The position numbers and the translations under genes are program-made. This document shows, in pieces, positions 1 through 11,100 of a DNA stretch of 64,000 nt. Source of the DNA: Octopus sinensis (taxonomy: Eukaryota); NCBI RefSeq assembly GCF_006345805.1, contig NW_021833116.1, positions 150,621-214,620 on the forward strand. Direction: 5' to 3'. A model generated the notes under the pieces. That model had not been told where the DNA came from. It ran no database searches and was given only the letters and a program-made list of their open reading frames with translations. How positions within the stretch are numbered: position 1 is the stretch's first letter; each line of letters begins with the position of its first letter.

Positions 1-256
1 AGCCTTGAGATCGATCATTTTTACAGACCCGTTTGAATTCATGAATGGCTTAAATTCAAATAATTAAATGCTAATAATAATAAAAGCATGCGACCACAAA
101 GACCACAAACAGTAAATATTAATTAAAAAAAATTACACTAGATTTTTCCCCGTATACTGAGTTACAAAAAGCTATGCAATTATGATGAAGCTTTATTCTA
201 AACGTTTCTAAAATATCTATTCAAACGTTTATGTAAATCAGTTGATAGGAAAAATG

Positions 257-713
257 GGATCACATAAAACAAACGCCTCCAGGGGCGTTTGTTTAATATG
301 TGTTTATCTGTGAAGTAATTCTGCCAGGATCAATTATCCATAGTGATGAATGGATCAATTCCAATTTGAATGTTTTTGGGTATGACCACGCTACTGTAAA
401 CCACTCAATTAACTTTATTGAACCAACCACCGGTGTTCATACCCAACATGTGGAGTTCTATTGGAATAAAAACAAATTGCGTTGTAAGAAAATGAAAGGT
501 GTCAAAAAAGAATTTTTACAAGACTACCTAAACGAATTTATGTGGCGTGACAACGTAATTGGTGATCCTTTTGAAAAGTTAATGGAGCTTTTGAAAAATT
601 ATTATGTTGTTCAATAAACTTTTTTAATGTTTTCGTCGAATGTTTGACATGTATAAATTTAGGGACGTTTGTTTAATATGTGTAAATTTGGGGGCGTTTG
701 TTTAATGTGATCC
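257..713 (+). mobile_element. Merlin (IS1016/ISXO2-like) DNA transposon, internally deleted
   Basis: TIRs ggatcacataaaacaaacgcc / ggcgtttgtttaatgtgatcc; 8-bp TSD gaaaaatg at 249-256 and 714-721; subterminal repeats gggcgtttgtttaat; ORF 300-617 is a transposase C-terminal part (IHSDEW, VNHS, GVHTQHVE, YLNEFMWR). Confidence 0.85.
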
Positions 714-933
714 GAAAAATGTTTTATTATTATCAGCACTGCCGAGAACACATATAAAAAACAAAAATCATTTAAGGTTCCCTCGTGCCGCACCGACTAC
801 ACTTTCCACCAATCCTATCCATAGGTCTCTCCCTTTCGCAAGATCTCTTAGTTCATCTAGGTCACCCATTGTTTACAACTGCCTGCTTATGGCTTATTAT
901 AAAAACATATATTTCAAATCAAAAGAGAAATAG

Positions 934-2616
934 TCATTGGCAGATAGCCAGAGTATTGCCTCTGACTATTGCTATAGATATTCTTTCGATTAAATACCGG
1001 TGCTCACACGGGTCGCCGGTAACCCTTTCGATTAATGAGGCAATGCGCTGGAGTAGGGTCCGAGTAGAAGGACCCTGTATTCCTGACGTCTCAACAGCCA
1101 GGGGGACAAACACTCTCCCATTCCCGATTCCAGCGTATTTCTCAGCTTTTCTCTTCTCTGCCCGTTCAGACGGGGCTCCAGGATTCTCGATGCATAATTT
1201 GATGTTCTGATTGGAAAAGGAGTTCACACACGTGACGTCCCAAACCAGACACTTTCCCCTCTGAAATGGAAATGTGGTCATCCCATCGGGTCTTCTGCCG
1301 TCCTCTACGAAAATCCCTGCAGGTTCCAATTGTGTGTGGAATCCAGCAGTTCGAAGAGATCGACAGATGATCTGGTTCAGTTCGGAATGCCGTGAGGAAC
1401 GTCCAATTCCGTTTCGACATGAAAGGGAGTGATATCCAAACTCGTCAGTCCACACGCCGCACCGGCATTGGTGTTTTTCATAGACGCGTAGACCGAGGCG
1501 CAGACAAACTCCAATTCTTACGGCTTCATCATTAAGAAGGCAGCCAGTTGTATTACAAGGGTAACAGTTTAGCCACGCGCCGCTTAGGGGCTGGCTGCCC
1601 GCTTGTAAACAAGCCAACCTTCTCTGGTCCATGGTTTCCTTTAGGCATGAAAACGTATTGGCGTGGACTTTCGACGTCCACTCCGATTGGCAGGTCACAT
1701 CAGATGGCAATGGCAATCCCAGCTTTTCCCATACGGCGACGCAATCATCCACAGCAAATGATTTCCTCTGTTCGTTTATTTGAGAAAGAACAGTGTCGAT
1801 CATATCTCTGGACGAGAGTACTGAGGAAAAATATGCGCCGTGCGCTGAATCTGCGGGGTGATCAAGCCGATCCCTCCCAGGGAAATTGGAAGAGTCGCCT
1901 GTCTCCACGACTGCGTATCGAAGCTAACGTTGAGGATGTCCTCAGTGCAAGCTCTCATATGCTCGGAATAGTCTTCGAGAAGATCTGTTTCCTGATAGCA
2001 TTGGGCCGTCCTCAAAAGGTATGTTAACTTCGGAATAGATAGACAGTTCCTCATTAAAAAGAGCCCAATGTGGCTATCCACACAACGTAATTTTTCAGAG
2101 AGAAGGAAAATTCCGAAATTTAGCCTTCATAACAGCTTTGATACCACTTCAAAAATAGGAGATCCAAGAAAAATCAAGTCCTCTTTGAGGGGGAAGGTGC
2201 ATCCAGGTAGCAGTTTGTCGAATTCGGTCATCCACTTACGAAAGGAAAGTTCGTCCGTGTTGACATTCACAATTTCGCATTTGCCGCAGTTGAATTCAAG
2301 CCCAAGCGCTCCAAAATTAAAAACAAGAGACTTCAGCGTTTCCAAGATGCCTTCGGGGGCTCCTCCAATTACTCCATCATCCAAATACCACATGTTAAGA
2401 TCATTTTTACACGATCTCGTTGTTTGGTGAATTGCGAGGGAGAATAAAAGAGGACCTAGAGGGTCACCTTGTTGAACTCCATTGGCAGAATCAAGTATTG
2501 TTGTTCCGAATACAAGCGCGGAAGGCTTGGAGTATGCCAAATTTACAATCGGTAGGATGTGCGGAATTTCTTTGGCACTCTTTGAGCACTTATTTGAAAA
2601 CGTTTTAACTTTGGAC
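934..2616 (-). mobile_element. CRE-clade-like non-LTR retrotransposon (RT + restriction-like endonuclease), 5'-truncated and frameshifted
   Basis: RT motifs QQGDPLGPLLFSLAI and WYLDDG (ORF 2127-2663); CCHC knuckle and REL motifs RHSELN, RRPDG, LVWDVTC, AEKRKAEKY (ORF 934-1908). Confidence 0.8.
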
Positions 2617-3070
2617 TTTTTTTTTGATATAAAAGAATGTTTATTTATTACAAAATGAAACAAATCAGATTAAAATTATAGATTTACTCAGGGGTTATAG
2701 CCCAGCCGAACGGATTGCTTGCGCGTTCCTGCGCACGATTGCGAGCGAGATCCTCTGCCTCAACCAAGAGGACTCGCGAGCATCCATCTTCTTCCGAGCA
2801 ATGAGGATTCCGAGGTCTTTTAAGAAGCATGAGGTCAGCGGACTGGAAGCGCCTGATGTCTCAAAAGCCACAGGCACGAAGGAATGCCGAGTGGCAAGAT
2901 TCTTGTACTTTTCTACTTTGCGGGCTTCCGCCAGGGCCGCGGCCGAGCCGGAAGAAGAAGCAGATGACATTAGAGCGGATGGGGACCACGTGTCTGCGCA
3001 CGTGGCGTCCCTAATCAGGCAATTGCCATTCCGGAATGGGAAGGTGGTCACTTGGGACTTATTTTTATAA
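2617..3070 (-). mobile_element. CRE-like 3' fragment (REL domain + 3' UTR/poly(A)) abutting the 5' end of the previous element
   Basis: ORF 2695-3051 with DATCADT, AEARKVEKY, FVPVAFETSG, RQRISLAIVR; followed on the minus strand by aataaataaa and an A-run near 2617-2625. Confidence 0.75.
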
Positions 3071-3181
3071 TATATTTATAAAACAAAATTATTCATTTTT
3101 TAATGGAAAACCTTCAAATATTTAATTCGATTATATTGTTAGCATTCTCATTTCATTTCGGAATTAATCTTACTTGCATAA

Positions 3182-5003
3182 ATGAGGCCGTATGCAGCAC
3201 AAATAATAGAAATCACTGACGACAACACATTCAAACTAAATGAACCTTTGCTACAAAAAATTCTCATGGCAAAAAATGTCATTGACAAAAAAGTCATGGT
3301 TCTTTCAGTTGTCGGCGCTTACAGACAAGGAAAATCGTTTCTCCTTAATTTTTTCCTCAAATATCTCTCCGCAAAAGTACTCTCAGCTTAAGATGAGACC
3401 ATAGGACAAAAAAAATTGGTTAGACAACAAGCAGGCTTTTGGCGGTTTTAGTTGGAGTGGGGGATGCAAACGCAACACAACTGGAATTTTAATTTGGAGC
3501 GAACCATTTTTATTGGTCAATTCTAATGGAGAAGATGTTAAATACATTTAAAATGATTTAAAACTACAGATTGCTGTTTTCTTAATGGACACCCAGGGAA
3601 CTTTTGACAACAAATCCACCCTCAGCGATTGTTCGACTGTCTTTGCTCTTAGTGGATTGATAAGCTCAGTTATGGTTTGTGCTTTGACACTATTATTTGC
3701 ACTGACATTGTGATTGGTGCATTGCGCTGATATCTGTTTATTTGTTAAAATCTAATAGATATACAATCTGTCCAAGAACCTTCAAGAAAATGATTTACAG
3801 AATTTGCGCATTTTTGTTGACTATGGGCGAATGGCTATTGAAAAAGACGATTCGAAGCCTTTTCAAGCACTGCTTTTTCTTGTAAGGGACTGGCAATATC
3901 TGGAAAGCGCAAATTACGGCTTTGAAGGAGGGCGTGTTCTACTTGAAGATTACCTGAAAGTGGCTATTTGTTAGTTATTGAGTCGAATAGACACCTGAAA
4001 AACAGTGCAGTGAATTAAATGATGTCAGGAAATTCATTCGTCGTAGTTTTGAAGACATTCAATGTTGTTTAATGCCTTATCCAGGAATTTCGGTGGCTAA
4101 CAATAAATTTAATGGAAATATCAAAGGTTCGAAATTTATAACTCATTGGGAAGATATTGAAACGGATTTTTTGGCTACTTTGTCAGAGCTGATTTCAAAG
4201 TTGTTTGATATGCGTAATATTGTAACCAAACATGTGAATGGCGCGCAAATCACATGTAAAGAACTCTTTGAGCACTTTAAGGTAATTTTTAAAATTAAAG
4301 TTGGTGTATTGAGAATGAATTTCAGCTTGTTAATGCCAAAATAACATTTTTAGATCTATTTTAAGACTATTAAAACAGAGAAGCTGACGACACATTATGA
4401 GGCGATTGCAAATGAGGAAAACCGGCTTGCGGTAGAAAATGCATTTAATATGTACAAACAGGCCATGAAAAAAGTTTGTATCGTCTATCTAGTTGTAGTT
4501 TTTGGAATCAAATTTATTATATGCTGATAAAAACAATCTCAGTGTTGCACACCAGAACAACATGCACGATACTTTGATAAATTCCAAATGTAGAAAAAGG
4601 GGCAGCGAAGAATTGATCAAGAATTTCGAATCTCAACTGAAATTAAAAATTTCGGAGTACAAGGAAGATTTAGATTATAAACACTCTGCGATGGAAGATG
4701 CATTTAATACGTACAAACAGGCCATGGATAAAGTTTTTTGCCAGTTTATCTATAGATCATGGAATTTAGATCATTGAATCAGAGAAACCATATATCGATT
4801 TAAAAAAATTCCGGGTTGATCACGAGAACAAACAGTGCTATTCGTTAGCAGCTTTTTCAACTTCTCAAAAGATGGGGACTGAAGAATTGATTGAGATATT
4901 AATAACTATACTGAAATCGAAAATCGCGGAGCTGTATAAAAACTATTCCGAATTAAATCTGTCCAATTTCAAGAGTTGCACGAGATCTCTAATTCGTGAT
5001 ATA
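3182..5003 (+). CDS. Atlastin-family (GBP/atlastin) GTPase domain plus two three-helix-bundle repeats; N-terminal part of a fusion gene
   Basis: G1 GAYRQGKS, G2 NTTG, G3 DTQG, G4 LVRDW. GT-AG introns at 3377-3404, 3537-3569, 3675-3758, 3960-3990, 4127-4153 (in-frame, may be retained), 4282-4353, 4474-4498 and 4733-4769 keep one frame. Confidence 0.88.
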
Positions 5004-6464
5004 CAGTGGGCGCAAAAAAAATCCGGTTTTCTTATTTTTCGAATTTTTCAATATAAATTTATATTATTTTTTTTTAATTTAGTATCATTTTGAAATGTAA
5101 ATCGAGTATGTTTTTAATTTTAAGTATTTTTTTATTTTTCATAGAGATATCTTGAATTTAATTTTAAAATGCGCAAAAAAACTCGGTTTTTTTAATTATT
5201 GAGTCTTTTATCTCAAAAATTTGAAATTGTTGTCATTTTTGTTGTTGTTGGATGTCGTGTATTTCAGAAATTGTGAAAGGACAAATTATTCAACTTTATT
5301 TCCTTAATTGGACATATAAACAAATTTCAGAAGAAGTAGAAATTCCCAGATCACAGTGGGAGATTACATACGTAAATACAAAAAATATGGAACAACACAG
5401 AGACTGTCCGGTTCTGGAAGACTAGGACATTAAATAATGATGATATAAATACTTTATTGACGCTTGTTTCTGACAATCCGAAAAAATCTTCCCGTTGCCT
5501 GTCAAAGGATCTTCATTCTTTGACAGGAAAAATCGTCTCAAAACGAACAATTGGGAATTATCTGAAACAAAAGGAAATATATTCACGTGTGTGTCAAAAA
5601 AAAACCGTATCTGTCTAAAATTAATATCGAAAAACGATATTCCTTGTCAAAAAAATTTATCGCACTGAATATGACGTCATGGAAATCAACTATTTTTAGT
5701 GATGAATGCTGTTTCGAAATTTTTAATCACAAAAAAAGGAATTTTGTTATAGGAAAAACAACACACGTCTAGAAAAATCGCACTTATCTCCAACTGTTAA
5801 ATTTGGAGGGGGAAAAATAATGGTGTGGGGATGTTTCGGGTATTATGGAGTAGGCAATCTAGTATTTATAAATGGAACTATGAACTCAGCAACTTATGTG
5901 AACATATTATCAAATAATCTGTGGGAGTCCGCTGCGAAAATGTGCTTGAATGAATTCATATTCCAACAAGACATGGCTCCTCCACACACATCAAAGATCA
6001 CGAAAGATTTCTTTGCCGAAAGAAGCGTCAAACTATTGGATTGGGCACCGCAATCGCCAGATTTAAATCCAATAGAACATCTTTGGGCATATATTAAAAG
6101 TAAATTGTACGAAAATCCTCCAAAAAAATATGCATGAGCTGAAAGATAAAATTATCGAAATTTGGGAAAATATGCCGAAAGATCTAATACAGAAACTCAT
6201 AAACAGCATGCCGAGAAGGGTGTACGATGTTTTTATGGCTAAAGGACGGCATATTAAATATTAATTTGACATTTTTTAAAAAACCGGGTTTTTTTGCGCA
6301 TTGTAAATTTAAATTGGAAATATCTCTTGAAAAAAATAATGAAAATAATCAAAATAAAAAAATAAGAGTTACTTTTCACTAAAATTTAAGATTAAAAAAA
6401 AATATTATATCGCAAATATAAAAAAATAGAGAAATTAGAAAACCGGATTTTTTTGCGCCCACTG
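5004..6464 (+). mobile_element. Tc1/mariner element, IR/DR type, frameshifted transposase
   Basis: Ends cagtgggcgcaaaaaaatccgg / ccggatttttttgcgcccactg; TA TSD at 5002-5003 and 6465-6466; inner repeats near 5170 and 6280-6300; DDE motifs IFSDEC, VWGCF, FQQDMAPPH, SPDLNPIEHLW. Confidence 0.92.
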
Positions 6465-6466
6465 TA

Positions 6467-7237
6467 ATATCAGATATTGATCAATTGATTTCCTGCAGAT
6501 ATGACCAGATCAAAATCCTCAAAAAGTTCATCGAAAAAGTTGAAGAATTTGCTACTGATTCCTGCGCTGGACCAGCTACGATAGCATCGACGGCCATGTT
6601 GTTATTTTCTCCGACAGCTATCATTGAAGCGACTGGGTTGGGTCTATCCGGCGTGGTTGTTGGAGGAGTGATCGGTATAAAAGGAATGATCAGTGACTTT
6701 TGCGATTCCAAAGATCTGAAGAAGATTATCGAACTTTCCTCGATAAAAGAAAAAAACCTAAGTAGAAGTTTACGAAAATTCGACGATTTTGTAAATGACT
6801 TGTCTGTCAATTTGAATATAACCCCCGATGATGCAATCGTGTTGATCACATCAGAAGGTATAGTGCGTACCTGCTATATTGCGAATAATATTATTAATAC
6901 GGCTAAAATGGTTCCGAACCTGATAAATATGGGTAATGTGATGGTTTATTTCGGATTGGATGTAATGGAAGCTGGGCTTGTTGCTGGAAGCAAAGCAGTC
7001 AACTTGGTGTTTGAAGGAGGTGAGGCGGTTTATCAGGTCACCGGAAGTGTAATCTCTGCCACTTCCAAAATTCTCGGCGGAGTAGGAGTTATCATCAGTT
7101 TTGGCGAGCTTATTTACAGCTGGTCTAAGGACAATCCGAACGTTTCATCCGCTAAAAAATGTGTGGAGTCGTTGGAGGACAATATTAAGTCTCTCAAGGA
7201 GAAAAAGTCTGGGTTTAAAAAAATTGATAGTTCCTAA
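6467..7237 (+). CDS. Apolipoprotein-L-like membrane/pore-forming domain; C-terminal part of the atlastin fusion gene
   Basis: In frame with 4770-5003 once the Tc1 is removed. Amphipathic helix, Gly-rich hydrophobic hairpin (ATGLGLSGVVVGGVIG), ~110-aa spacer, second hydrophobic segment (LGGVGVIISFGELIYSW), terminal zipper-like helix. Family call by eye. Confidence 0.6.
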   Translation: MSDIDQLISCRYDQIKILKKFIEKVEEFATDSCAGPATIASTAMLLFSPTAIIEATGLGLSGVVVGGVIGIKGMISDFCDSKDLKKIIELSSIKEKNLSRSLRKFDDFVNDLSVNLNITPDDAIVLITSEGIVRTCYIANNIINTAKMVPNLINMGNVMVYFGLDVMEAGLVAGSKAVNLVFEGGEAVYQVTGSVISATSKILGGVGVIISFGELIYSWSKDNPNVSSAKKCVESLEDNIKSLKEKKSGFKKIDSS

Positions 7238-7334
7238 AACACTAACTAACTGAAAATACTAATAAGATGTTATGTTTGATGTGAAACAAGCTAATTACTG
7301 TCAGCCAGTCACTTTGAAGCACTTTTTAGATCAG

Positions 7335-7429
7335 CATCAAAGTAGCTAGTATCAAAATAGCTAGTCGACAAAACAGCTAGTATCAAAATAGCTAGTCGAC
7401 AAAAAAACTAGTGCATCAAAATAGCTAGT
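7335..7429. repeat. Short tandem repeat of ~14-18-bp units with core aaaatagctagt
   Basis: About six imperfect copies of the (a/c)agctagt core. Confidence 0.75.
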
Positions 7430-8173
7430 GAAGATTGGTTAGGTCAGTCCGCGACTTCCTTATAACAAAAATTGAAATTTTTTACTTCAATAATTCCATT
7501 GGCAAGCGGAGGCATGTACAAATATTCGGGAAGATTCACTGTCTTTACATTTTTTATTGGTTTTTTTACAACAAAAATTATTATTTTTTATCTAATTTTT
7601 AAGATTAAAAATGACCATTTCCTTTTATGGTCGGTAATATAATATCTCCCACAATCCATTTTATGCTGTTACCTTATTTGCATACTTACTGCACGAAAGT
7701 CTGACCAACATAGCCATCAGCCATGCGGCCACATTCTATTCTTTTTAATGATTAAGAGCGTCTTTAATTAAAACAGTGGCTTTTGGGAGTTGGCGAAATA
7801 TTCTTAGCCCACTAGTCCTCTTTTCCTTCGAAAACAAAAATTTTTATTTAATCACTAGTTTCAAAACTTATAATTTAGACCAAAAAAATCAATTTCTATC
7901 TTCCAAATCCATGACCAAATGTCTCAACTTTGCTTCAATGATTAGTAGTGATGCGCGCAATCGATACTACAAGGACGTTTGCGGATTCTGTAGAACAAGT
8001 TGAATTAATTGCCGGCCACTTCAAGAAATTGTTTAAATAAGAAAACAACGGAATTGCAGCATTTACTGGCCATCCTAGGAAATTGGAGTTAGAAATGAAT
8101 CTTGCAGAAGTGCAATTATTAATTAAAACGTTAAACAAATTAATAAAATTAAATAATAATAATTAAAACTACT

Positions 8174-11100
8174 ATGCAACGTGCTACTATCTCGATGTGT
8201 GCTCTACCTGGACAACAAGAAACTAACAATATTATTAATAATAATATACCTAGAGCAGGATGGACAACCGCATCGGAGAGACAGACGTCCGATGGCAAGA
8301 ACATCGTCTTTGCCATTGCAGAAGGGATCGAGTGCACGACCCGGGAGGACTGGGTTAAATCCGCCCTTTCCCAAGTGTTGGGAAGAGCTTCCAGGATGCC
8401 CAGAAATGGGTGGCCTACCCTGCTTCAGTGTTTCAATCGACGCTTTAGCTCGAACCTATCGTTAGATGCACTGAAGAAGCTGGCCAAGACCCCTCCTCCT
8501 GGCTCGCGGGGAGGACTGCCGCTGCGGTTACGCCGTCAGGATGCCCCCCGTGTTCTGAACAACACGAGCACCAGAGTAGTGAGTTATCGCTACTCTTGCA
8601 GGTTAAGGAGATATTTAGTAGGCATATCTCTGCGAATCGTGTTGTCCCCCTTGCGGACCGCAGAGTGACCCGAAAGATACCTCGGTGGCAACTCAGAAGT
8701 GACGTGATGGGTTGCATCAATCGTGCCATAGCTTACGCGATCGTGCGTGAGCCTCCGGAGACAATGGACGAGATTTCTCTCTATTTGTACTCGGCACAGA
8801 CAACCTATGATGAAATCACTCAGAGGCCTGCCCCAAAGAGTAGATGGAGAGAAAACATTGCCGCAAAAGTAGCCGCAAGGAAAGCCGAGCTGGAAGCGCT
8901 GACTGGGCACATTTTGAATGTGAGCAATGGGGTCAAGGGCAAGACTCCCCCCTTGGTGCGTACTTTACTTCGTCGGGAACGAGCTGCCAAATGGGACCTC
9001 AACGACTTGAGGCGTGTCCGGGCAGAGAGGGAGGAGCTGATTCTCGTTTATCAGAAGAAGCTCTCAACTCATGAGTCTCGGTGTCAGCGCAGGCGGGAGA
9101 ACAACCTGTTTGAATTTAATCGCAGGTCGTTCTATCGTCGGTTGCACGGAGAGACGAAGGAGGGTACCCAGCAAAAGGCCGAAATGCTTGACACATGGGG
9201 GAGTATGTGGAAAGCACGTCCTCGCAAGGGTGTGTCGTTTCCGTTTTGTGGACCCGATGCTCCCTTGATGACCGAGTCTTGTGGTGTCTCTGACATCCGC
9301 AAGAAGTTCGATGAAGCAGTAACCCGTCTCTCTGACTGGAAGACACCTGGGGTCGATAAAGTGTATAATTTCTTTATTAAAAATTGCAAACCTATCCATG
9401 ATTGCATGTGTCGAGCAATCGAACAGTTTACACTAGACCCTGGCTCGATTCCAGAGTGGTTATGTACTGGGGTCACTTATTTGATCCCTAAAGTAGATAA
9501 CCCTTCCGCTCCGACAGATTATCGTCCGATAACCTGTATGCCCAACCTGTACAAGTTGATGACTAAGGTGGTGGCTACTGAGGTCAGAAATTTCGTGGAG
9601 GTGAATGGGATTCTGTCCGAGAACCAGTTAGGTACTCGGCGGGATTGCCAGGGAGCTAAGGAGCAGGCACTGATCAACAAATGCCTCGCGAGAGCCCACG
9701 GAAACTCACTAGTGTCAATGTGGGTGGATGTGAAGAAGGCATATTACTCGGTTGATCATGCCTACCTCGTTGAGTGTCTGCGAAGGCTTAAGTTGCCAAT
9801 GTGGTTTATCAAATTTGTTGCAACTGTGATGGACAGGTGGAACGTGCATCTACATTACAACAAATGCGATATAGGCGAGGTGAAACTAGAGAAGGGCATA
9901 TTATGTGACATGGGGAACGCGTTACGCATGGGCAACCGGTTACATTTTTTGACCTTGTAGATGTCAAAATTAAATCCTTTGATTATCACAAATAATATTT
10001 TTTATGGGCCAATTATAAAGTTTAACTATGCCTTGTATTGATTTAAATTAGTTTTTGTTCATGTACTTAAATAATTTAAAAAAGTTATTTTTTTTAATGT
10101 TGGTAAACCTAAACTTATTGGAAAATTTTTAGCGTGCTAGATTTGTTTCTTGTAATGGCTTCATATAGAGGTTATGTCAAAGATTCTTCAGAGTATCGAA
10201 TTTTAAAAGATGCTTTGGAAAATAAATTCGCGGAAGATTCTTTTAGGCAAGCAAAATATAGACTTATAAAAAAGATCGAGAATTTTACAATAATCAATGA
10301 AAGGTACTCTATATTTACGATTAATGCGCAGATTGTATCTCAAATCTGACGATCCAAAGCTCGTCATTACTTTGGACAATGAAACTGAAATGGAGCATGT
10401 AGCTAAATCTCTACACGAATATTCACACGGTTTCAGTCCTAAATAATAATTACAAATGGATTTTAGCAGTCATCGATGTTTATAGTAGGTTTGTAGTAGG
10501 TCTCTCAACAATTTATTCAGATTTGCATTTGTCAGACCACTTTTCCATAAATCTTCAAAAGAAGTATGCAGCGTTTTAATCAAACCATCACCCGAAAACT
10601 CTCCAAAATGATAGATACGGATGAAAAAAAGTGGCTGGAAATTCTCGAAAAAGCAGTGTACTGTTATAAGAAGGCTGTACATTCATTTTCAAATCAGAAT
10701 CCTTTTGAAAGACATCGAGGGATAAGCGGAATAAACACTAATGTTGCAGGTTATAATTATAAAATTATGTTTTAGAAAATATTAAAAATCAATTTGAAAA
10801 TTCAGAGATTTGTTCAAATTTAGACTCAATTGAAAATTCAAGTATTTTAACTTTGAATTTATATTTAGGCGATTCTAATTGTCCAAGTCCAAAAAAATTC
10901 AAATTTAATTTAAATCCGATTGATGGAAACTCAGCCTACTATAAGGCAATGAATAGAAAAATGAATGTCCACAATAGTAAATACGAATTTAGTGTCGGAG
11001 ATAAAGTTTAGATAAATAATTATAGATAGGTTCGAGTTAAAAAAGATTATGGAACAAACCCTTCGTTGCGGTTGGATAAATTCGAGTCTCCATTCTATCC

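Noticed and set aside
785-2430. Plus-strand ORFs 785-1210, 1548-2027, 2068-2430 and similar antisense ORFs elsewhere
   Set aside because: Shadow frames of retroelement or host genes on the opposite strand
7690-7730. DGYVGQT on the minus strand resembling a GIY-YIG motif
   Set aside because: Flanked by stops and lacking the rest of the domain
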